A DNA stretch of 64,000 nucleotides from Candidatus Latescibacterota bacterium. GTDB lineage: Bacteria > Latescibacterota > UBA2968. Below the pieces are notes generated by a model. The model was not told where the DNA came from and ran no database searches. It saw nothing but the letters and a program-made list of their open reading frames with translations. Each line of letters opens with the position of its first letter. Position 1 is the first letter of the stretch. Positions 57,375 to 64,000 of the stretch are shown here, one piece after another. Position numbers and translations under genes: made by a program. The stretch spans positions 800,001 through 864,000 of the forward strand of contig OZ242311.1 of the NCBI GenBank assembly GCA_965207885.1, read 5' to 3'.

Positions 57375-59966
57375 TTACTCGTCTAATGTGCGGAGGCTGA
57401 TGGTGGGACCGAAAAAGAGGGCGTTGGCAAAGAGTTTTTGGGTGCCGTACCAATAGGCGCGGAAGGTGGGGTTGTCGAGCATGAGTATGACGCGGCCATT
57501 GCCCTGTTTGGCGACGAGAGTGGATGCGGATTCGGCGATGTAATTGTGGTTCTGTTCAGAGATATATCCTGCGAGCAAGGGCTGTTTGGTGTATTGCAAA
57601 GGGGTGGCATAAGGGTTTACTGGTTTGATAAAGAGTGTGCCGCGCCGAAAGACTGGCAGGCTATCGCTGCGATACCCATAGGCGAGGGGATGGGTGCGGT
57701 CCAGGTGAACCCGAAAGATAGCACCGCCAATAATTTGCGCTCCCCGGTCGCTGGCTGCGTCGATATAAGCTTTGCGGTCACTGTAATTTCCTCGATTTCG
57801 CTCGACGAATTGGGCACTGGCGAGCTTGGTATTGATGGCCCAATGAACAGCACTGTTGAGTGCTATGAGTGTGTTGCCCTGGCGCAACCACTGTTTTAAG
57901 GCGTTGACGCCAGTAGAATCGAAGTTGCTATAAGGTCCGCCTGCTGCGATTACTGTATTATAGCGATTGAGGTCTATATCGCGCACATGGCTGGCGTCTA
58001 TGAGGCTGATGGACATATTATAGCGCTGGTCTAACAAATGCCACACTTCACCGGCGTTATAGACATCGGTGCCTTTGCCAATTAAAAGGGCTATTTGAGG
58101 CATTTTGAGGGGGACAAACCCCGGGCTACCCAGGTCAATACCGCTGTCGGTCTGCCCGGTGGAGACGGCAAATACATTGAGCGCATCTTCTCGCGCGATT
58201 GTTTGCATGAGGTTTCGAATTGTTTGTGGATCATTTTTTTGAATGCCCATGGGGATGAGTATGGTACCGTAGTTAAATAAGTGCTCATTCTCCGAGTCTG
58301 AGGAAATACGCATGCTGAACTGTCGCGAGGCTACTTTGGCTCTTATACCGGCTTTTTGCATGCGGTAGAGTGCGCGAGGTGCGTAATGTCCCTTCCATTC
58401 AAAAAGGTACGCATAAGTATTGATCTCCGGGTTGAAGACAGACAGACGGCCACGAGGAAATTTAGACGGCGGCAACAGGTCGCCGATAAATTCCTGGGAT
58501 GAAGATTTGATTTCTAATAGGGGCATGTTAAATGCCAGGGGTAGTGTCCAGGCTGATACATCGTAGAATAAGCTGTCTGTAAAGGTGGTACGGCGCTCAA
58601 ACAGGCTGGTGAGCAAGCGGTATTGCGGTTGCGCGGTGGGAATGATATAGGCCGAGCCGGGCGAGAAGGTTTGACCACCGATGCGCATGGGGCGCGCGAG
58701 GTCGTAGATCTGTATGTGGTGTTGCTGGAGTACGTCGATAAAATGATGGGTGCGCGCCACGTCATCCGGATCGCCAAAAACATAAGCTTTGATGGCGGCA
58801 CCCTCGGCTTCCCGGGTTGCGGAGATGTAAAAATCGCGCTGATGCGATAGCAGTTCGGTGCGCAGTTCACGGGCTGCCTGGAGTGCTGATAGGGCAGTTC
58901 TTATCTGATTGCGTATGGCAAAGGGAAAGGAGATCGGTCCGTGAATGCTTTCTTGCATAAGTCCGCGTGCGCTGGCTTGCTCAAAGAGAAGGCCCACGCC
59001 GCCGTTGAGATCGGGATAGGTCGATCCTTTGCCGATGTAAAAGTCGTCGAATGACTCCCGTGTGTAATATAGTGTGCCGATTTTATCGAGCGCGCTGACG
59101 TGGCGTTCGGCGATTGCAGCGGTGAGTTGATATGTGCGTGCCGGGGTGAGGGGATTGTTGCGCGAGGGTATGCCCGGTTGAAAGAAGTAAGTGGAATTGG
59201 TGTTCATTTCATGGTGGTCGGTGAGCATGTTGGGTTTCCAGGCGTGGTATGTTTCAATCCGCCCCCGGCTTTCGGGATGTTGAAGAAATACCCAGTCGCG
59301 GTTGAGGTCAAACCAGTAGTGGTTGGTGCGCCCACTCGGCCAGATTTCTCGATGTTCCCGGTGTTCGGGATCGGCAATGAGTTGTTTGCTGCGGTGCATG
59401 TTTGCCCAGTGTGCAAAGCGACTGAAGCCATCGGGGTTGGATACGGGATCGAGCAAGATGACGGTATTGACGAGGAGGTTGTCTATGGCAGGACCTTGCG
59501 CCGCCGCCAGATGATATGCAATTAATGGCGCGGCGTTGCCGCCGCTGGGTTCATTGCCGTGGATGCTATATCCCATGTACACGACTACGGGCATTGTGTT
59601 GATGTCGAGCGCGGACGATTGGTCCGGGTTTGTGAGTTGCCGGTGTTGTGTCTGGATGGCTTCGAGGTTCTGGTGGTTTTGTGGGGATGTGATGGTGAGT
59701 AATAATAGGGGGCGTTGCTGATATGTTTGGGCATATTGCGTGAGGGCAATGCGGTCGGAGCGTTCGGCCAATGTGTGCAGGTAGTTCACGATGAGGTCGT
59801 GTCGCAGGTGCCAATCGCCAATCTGAAATCCGAAAAAGTCTTCGGGTGTGGGGATGTCGGGATTGTAGGTCGTGCCCTCGGGCAGGTAATAGCTGAGGTC
59901 AACACGAGAATGAGCCGGTGTGTTCAACCCGATCAATGCGATGAGGACGATCAATAGGCGTGTCAT
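57375..59966 (-). CDS. M14 family zinc carboxypeptidase, secreted
   Basis: IHGNEPSG, NPDG, RTNHYWFDLNRDW, DHHEM; signal peptide from MTRLL. Confidence 0.9.
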   Translation of the reverse strand: MTRLLIVLIALIGLNTPAHSRVDLSYYLPEGTTYNPDIPTPEDFFGFQIGDWHLRHDLIVNYLHTLAERSDRIALTQYAQTYQQRPLLLLTITSPQNHQNLEAIQTQHRQLTNPDQSSALDINTMPVVVYMGYSIHGNEPSGGNAAPLIAYHLAAAQGPAIDNLLVNTVILLDPVSNPDGFSRFAHWANMHRSKQLIADPEHREHREIWPSGRTNHYWFDLNRDWVFLQHPESRGRIETYHAWKPNMLTDHHEMNTNSTYFFQPGIPSRNNPLTPARTYQLTAAIAERHVSALDKIGTLYYTRESFDDFYIGKGSTYPDLNGGVGLLFEQASARGLMQESIHGPISFPFAIRNQIRTALSALQAARELRTELLSHQRDFYISATREAEGAAIKAYVFGDPDDVARTHHFIDVLQQHHIQIYDLARPMRIGGQTFSPGSAYIIPTAQPQYRLLTSLFERRTTFTDSLFYDVSAWTLPLAFNMPLLEIKSSSQEFIGDLLPPSKFPRGRLSVFNPEINTYAYLFEWKGHYAPRALYRMQKAGIRAKVASRQFSMRISSDSENEHLFNYGTILIPMGIQKNDPQTIRNLMQTIAREDALNVFAVSTGQTDSGIDLGSPGFVPLKMPQIALLIGKGTDVYNAGEVWHLLDQRYNMSISLIDASHVRDIDLNRYNTVIAAGGPYSNFDSTGVNALKQWLRQGNTLIALNSAVHWAINTKLASAQFVERNRGNYSDRKAYIDAASDRGAQIIGGAIFRVHLDRTHPLAYGYRSDSLPVFRRGTLFIKPVNPYATPLQYTKQPLLAGYISEQNHNYIAESASTLVAKQGNGRVILMLDNPTFRAYWYGTQKLFANALFFGPTISLRTLDE

Positions 59967-60197
59967 TGGATGCCTCGTTGTAGGGTGAGAGGACATAACA
60001 AGGAAAGAAATTATTAGAAAAAGTCAAATGAGAAGGTTTTGGTCCTTCAAATGAGTTTATTGCCTTGATCCACGGGAGTCATTTTTTTTCAAGACCAGTT
60101 TTTAGAAAAAAATAAATTGCATTTAAAACTAAAATATTTTATTTTTTTGTGAAACTTTTTGTCCAAAATGGTGTCTAAATTAAAAAAAAGGAGAAAA

Positions 60198-60599
60198 ATG
60201 CGTAAAATTATTGAGAAATGTCCTGCCTGCCAGAATGAGGTGATTGTCACCCGCATTCGCTGTACGAGATGTGAATGTGAGGTGATTGGAGAATTTCAGC
60301 CCACAATTTTTAACCGTCTGTCGCCCGAAAATCTGACTTTTGTCGAGACATTTGTCCGATTGCGCGGCAATGTCAAAGAGATGACGCGCGAACTCCGCGT
60401 GCCCTATAGCACGATTCGCAATCATCTCGACGATGTGATTGCAGAACTCGGTTTTGCAACGGGAACACATCCCGAGGTGGAGGATTTGTCCGCTGCGTCT
60501 CAGCAAGAGGTGCTCGACCGTCTCGAATCTGGTGAGATTTCAGTGGAGGATGCAGCGGAAGAACTTAAAAGGATAAATAAAGAAAGGAGTATATCGTGA
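60198..60599 (+). CDS. DUF2089 family protein (Zn-ribbon/HTH)
   Basis: CPAC..C..C, RGNVKEM...VPYSTIRNHLD, LESGEISVEDA; AAGGAG RBS. Confidence 0.88.
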   Translation: MRKIIEKCPACQNEVIVTRIRCTRCECEVIGEFQPTIFNRLSPENLTFVETFVRLRGNVKEMTRELRVPYSTIRNHLDDVIAELGFATGTHPEVEDLSAASQQEVLDRLESGEISVEDAAEELKRINKERSIS

Positions 60600-61954
60600 A
60601 AGAAGAACGCATGAAAGTTCTGGAGATGATTCAAGATGGAAAAATAACAGCAGAAGATGCTGTGAAATTACTCGATGCGCTCGGAGATACTGCAGAAGAA
60701 CCGCAAGGTGAAGGTCGCCAGCGCAGACGCAATGGAAGTCGTCAGCGCCAACGCCGACGCTCTGGCGGCGCAGATATTCAGGTTGAGGTGCAAAAACGCA
60801 TCCGGGAAACGCAAGAGACCCTGCGCGAGGCTATGCCCAGAGCCAGACGCGCGGTGCGCGAGGCGATGCGCTCAATTCCCGATGTGGGCGAGATTGTTCA
60901 GGAAGCGATGCAAACAGCGTCTGAAGCCGTTTCACAATGGGTGGAAGATAGCGATAGAAAGCATCCCGAAAAAGCTGTTCGACAATTTGTTGAGACAACA
61001 CCGATCCAGGTATCTGAGCGTCTATCCGTACGGACGACAAGAGGCCATGTAACTTCAAAAATTTGGGATCGCGATGAGGTCAAGATTGACGCAAAAATCT
61101 CGGTTTGGGGAACTGATGAAGAAGCGGTGAATGCCTTTGCTGAACAAATTGATATTCAAATACGGCGGGAATCCGGTGCTGTGCAGATACGACCCAATGT
61201 GCCCAAACGCAAAAAAGGCGATTCGATTCGATCTGTGCGGATCGACTTTGAGTTGCGTCATCCCGAAAAAGTTGATCTCGATGTGCGAGCCGGTCGCGGA
61301 AATATCACGCTTCCACAAATAGATGGCGCAGCAACCCTCAATAATAACCGCGGTAAAACGATTTTTGAGGGCGCGTCGGGCAATATAAAGATCAAACAGA
61401 ACCGCGGCGATATCGCGGTGCAACATGCAGGCGGTGATTTTATTGCAAACAATAACCGCGGTTCAATTAACGTCGGTCAGGTTGGGGGACGTGTGGTTGC
61501 AAAAAATAATCGCGGTACAACGCGCCTGAAAAATATTGCCGGTGCAACTACTGTACAGGCCAACCGGGGAGCTATCGAAATTGAAAATCCCGAGGCGGGT
61601 ATCGTTATAAAAAGTCGCGGCAGCAATATTGTGGTGCGTCCACACAAACCCATTGGCGATGACTACGCGATTCAAAATAAAGATGGCGCAGTTGATCTCA
61701 CCATTCCCGATGGTTCGGCTGTTGATGTACACGGCTATGTCGGGCGCGGAAGTATCCAGACCGACCTGCCCCTGTCTATTACCGGCGTGTCGCGTACCTC
61801 ACAGGTCGTGACGGGTCAACTCAATGGCGGCGGTTCCAAGGTTGCGATTGAACTTGGTCGGGGCGATCTGAGGTTGTATTCAGATGAGGATATTGAGACA
61901 GATGAGCCAGAAGCCCCTACGCCGCCCGATCCGCCTGAACCACCTGAAAAATAA
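60596..61954 (+). CDS. DUF4097 beta-strand-repeat protein with SHOCT/YvlB-like N-terminus
   Basis: ERMKVLEMIQDGKITAEDAVKLL; repeated (N)NRG.I units; overlaps DUF2089. Confidence 0.85.
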   Translation: MKEERMKVLEMIQDGKITAEDAVKLLDALGDTAEEPQGEGRQRRRNGSRQRQRRRSGGADIQVEVQKRIRETQETLREAMPRARRAVREAMRSIPDVGEIVQEAMQTASEAVSQWVEDSDRKHPEKAVRQFVETTPIQVSERLSVRTTRGHVTSKIWDRDEVKIDAKISVWGTDEEAVNAFAEQIDIQIRRESGAVQIRPNVPKRKKGDSIRSVRIDFELRHPEKVDLDVRAGRGNITLPQIDGAATLNNNRGKTIFEGASGNIKIKQNRGDIAVQHAGGDFIANNNRGSINVGQVGGRVVAKNNRGTTRLKNIAGATTVQANRGAIEIENPEAGIVIKSRGSNIVVRPHKPIGDDYAIQNKDGAVDLTIPDGSAVDVHGYVGRGSIQTDLPLSITGVSRTSQVVTGQLNGGGSKVAIELGRGDLRLYSDEDIETDEPEAPTPPDPPEPPEK

Positions 61955-61966
61955 GGCGGTTTACTG

Positions 61967-61999
61967 AAAAACCCGCTCCCTAAAGGGGCGGGTTTTTTT
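61967..61999 (+). terminator. Intrinsic terminator
   Basis: AAAAACCCGCTCC-ctaaa-GGGGCGGGTTTTTTT. Confidence 0.85.
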
Positions 62000-62018
62000 A
62001 AGTTCTTGCTTTAATCTA

Positions 62019-62160
62019 CTGGACGCCTGCTTAAAACATGCAGGCGTGACGAGCAACAGGTGTCATCGCGGCATGCTTAAAGCATGTCCCGTAAGGTTGT
62101 AATACGGGGCCGCGATCCAGGAGGTTTTTGCTGACTGCTGACTGCTGGTAGCTGATAGCT
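62019..62160. repeat. Palindromic repeat pair (copy C with 27-nt insert) plus GCTGAYW heptamers
   Basis: CTGGACGCCTGC-N9-GCAGGCGTGAC (62019-62050), GTCATCGCGGC...CGCGATCCAG (62062-62120), GCTGACT-like x4 (62130-62160). Confidence 0.8.
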
Positions 62161-63190
62161 AAATTTCCACATCAAATTTTTTTGCGGTTTCGCAAATTTG
62201 TTCCCACGTTGTGTCTTCTATGGGGACTCCGTTTGCTTCGCGTTCACAACCCGTGCGATGGGAGCGTTCGCCCGGTACGAGTATTTCGTCGAATCCCGGC
62301 GCGGTTTTTGCCGATTTTACGTAGTCGATGAATTGTCCGATTTCGGCTTTAAAGTCGGAGATGGGTTGGAATGCATCGATGCGAATGGCCTGTACAAATA
62401 GGGCATTGCCCGTTACGGGTGAATTTTCGCGGGTGCAGCCGGCGGGCGATAGGGCGCCGGATAAGATGTCGAAGATGAATGATAGGCCATATCCTTTGTG
62501 GTCGCCAAAGGGGGTTAGTGCGGCGTTGCCGTGTACGTAAGCCGCGGGGTCAGTTGTGGGGTTGCCTTCGGCGTCGATGAGCCAATTTTTGGGTACGCGT
62601 TCGCCCCGGGCCAGAGCGACCCGCATTTTGCCACCTGCCGCAGTTGCGGCGGTCAGGTCCAGTGAGATGGGGAAGTCGCGGTCCGAAGGAAATGCAACGG
62701 CGAGGCAATTCGCGGGCAAGATGCGTCCCAGTCCTCCCCACGGTGCCATCGAGAGGTCGGCGCCGTGGCCGTTGTTGCTCATTAGTCCGGCCATGTTTTC
62801 AGCCGCGGCGAGGACGGGATAGCCACCCAATCGCCCGATGTGGTTGCACTGGTGTACTGTTACGATGCCGACAGCACTTTTTTGGGCTTTTTGGATGGCG
62901 ATGTGCATGGCTTCTGTTGCGGTTACGTGCCCAAATCCCCAGTGCCCGTTTACGACGGCTGTTGCATCGGTTTCCCGTTCGATTTCCACGGTTGTTCCGA
63001 GTTGTATTTGACCGCTCTGAACGCCGGATACGTATTGCGGAATGCGGACTACGCCGTGCGAGTCGTGTCCCGCGAGATTGGACGATACGAGCAGATCGGC
63101 CACGATTCGGGCTTCTTCGGGCGTTGCACCTATGCGTTCGAAGACTTCGCGGCCAATGCGCCGCAGTTTATTGGGATTGAAAATTGGCAT
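62159..63190 (-). CDS. Ldh_2 family (type 2 malate/L-lactate dehydrogenase-like) oxidoreductase
   Basis: GHDSHGV, NHIGRLG, DAEGNPTTDP, FGDHKGYGL, LVPGE. Confidence 0.9.
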   Translation of the reverse strand: MPIFNPNKLRRIGREVFERIGATPEEARIVADLLVSSNLAGHDSHGVVRIPQYVSGVQSGQIQLGTTVEIERETDATAVVNGHWGFGHVTATEAMHIAIQKAQKSAVGIVTVHQCNHIGRLGGYPVLAAAENMAGLMSNNGHGADLSMAPWGGLGRILPANCLAVAFPSDRDFPISLDLTAATAAGGKMRVALARGERVPKNWLIDAEGNPTTDPAAYVHGNAALTPFGDHKGYGLSFIFDILSGALSPAGCTRENSPVTGNALFVQAIRIDAFQPISDFKAEIGQFIDYVKSAKTAPGFDEILVPGERSHRTGCEREANGVPIEDTTWEQICETAKKFDVEI

Positions 63191-63195
63191 GGGGA

Positions 63196-64000
63196 TTATC
63201 CATCATAAGCTGCGGCGATTTCGTTTTCATAAATTTCTTCTATTCTTTTGGGTACGACCTTTTTCAATCCCCGCGTGAGGGTTCCCGTTTCTTCGCTCAA
63301 CTGGTCTGGCAAGATCAGTACTTTTTGTGGTCGCTCGTGCGCGGGAAGGCCAGATTCCGTGGCTTCTTTTAACAGTTGCTCGCGGATGCGCTCGGCTATT
63401 GCGGGATGGCTGCACAGGGCTTCCTCATCGTCTGTGGGCAGATCGGGAATATCTGTTTGCAATTGGGCTTCTTCTACATTTACGGTGACGATGGGTAGGG
63501 GGAATGTGCGGGTCTGATCGCCGCAGATTAAGACGTGTTCTATGAGCGATGCGCGAGCGAATATGCGTTCGAGACGTTCTGGGTTGACAAATTCGCCGTT
63601 GCTCAATTTAAATTGCCGTCCAAAGCGTCCCTGGAATGTCAAGAATCCCTCGTCGTCCATGCTGAACAAATCACCTGTGCGATACCACACTTTACCCGCT
63701 TCATCGGTTACGAGTACTTCGGCGGTGCGTTCGGGGTCGTTGAGGTACCCCGTCATGACGTGATTGCCGTGTACCCACAACTCGCCAATGCCATCGCCGC
63801 TGCCGCTGTAGGTCTCTGTCTTTGGGTCACCGTGGGCGATTTCCTCGCCTGTTTCGGCGATGATTTTTACTTCTTGTAATGGCTTTCCAACGGTGCCTGT
63901 TTTTTGTCCGGTCAGCACATTTGCCGCGATCAGGGGGCTGCATTCGGTGACGCCATAACCTTCGAGGGAGGTGATGTCCAGTACGTCCTGGAAAAAGTCG
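63196..64000 (-). CDS. Long-chain acyl-CoA ligase (AMP-binding), 3' part
   Basis: Frame is open to the window end: EGYGVTECSP, GTVGKP, VMTGY, WYRTGD, GR, KLSNGEFVNP. Confidence 0.88.
   Translation of the reverse strand, partial: DFFQDVLDITSLEGYGVTECSPLIAANVLTGQKTGTVGKPLQEVKIIAETGEEIAHGDPKTETYSGSGDGIGELWVHGNHVMTGYLNDPERTAEVLVTDEAGKVWYRTGDLFSMDDEGFLTFQGRFGRQFKLSNGEFVNPERLERIFARASLIEHVLICGDQTRTFPLPIVTVNVEEAQLQTDIPDLPTDDEEALCSHPAIAERIREQLLKEATESGLPAHERPQKVLILPDQLSEETGTLTRGLKKVVPKRIEEIYENEIAAAYDG

Overview
Bacterial chromosome segment. It is probably from an FCB-group organism (Latescibacterota/Gemmatimonadota-like, with a sponge-symbiont-type repertoire); this is inferred from a T9SS/FlgD C-terminal domain, dockerin-like EF-hand domains, LRR proteins, PhyH dioxygenases, a sulfatase and sialidases. 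The 1-31 kb region is mostly core: secD (partial), polyprenyl synthetase, the prmC-prfA-rpmE-rho cluster, an HK-RR-glgC-glnD operon, a divergent HK/NtrC pair driving a sigma54 promoter upstream of a PTS-IIA protein and a sigma70 factor, a frameshifted Cache/T9SS protein, glnA, hemE-hemH-hemY, an ABC-2 exporter, rlpA, pyrD and a sialidase cluster. The 31.3-47.0 kb region is a mosaic accessory island punctuated by three att-like TTGCCC(G/A)ACTG cores, the last inside a degenerate tRNA-like fragment. The island carries a soluble beta-propeller/Y_Y_Y-sigma54 activator fusion with its own palindromic sites and sigma54 promoter, a chimera made of synonymously diverged pieces of downstream genes, two dockerin-like/LRR proteins (one bracketed by 59-bp inverted repeats), DUF1800, a tandem PhyH pair with HxG/RxG motifs and a non-canonical sulfatase. 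The 47-64 kb region is core again: CIRCE-groESL, exported Ni-SOD, a protease, rnr, TPR and DUF4292-like lipoproteins, an M14 peptidase, DUF2089/DUF4097, an Ldh_2 oxidoreductase and an acyl-CoA ligase (partial). Intergenic REP-like and palindromic repeats carry three separate 27-nt hairpin insertions. No rRNA, intact tRNA, CRISPR array or intact transposase/integrase was seen. All alignments and counts were done by eye; no databases were searched.
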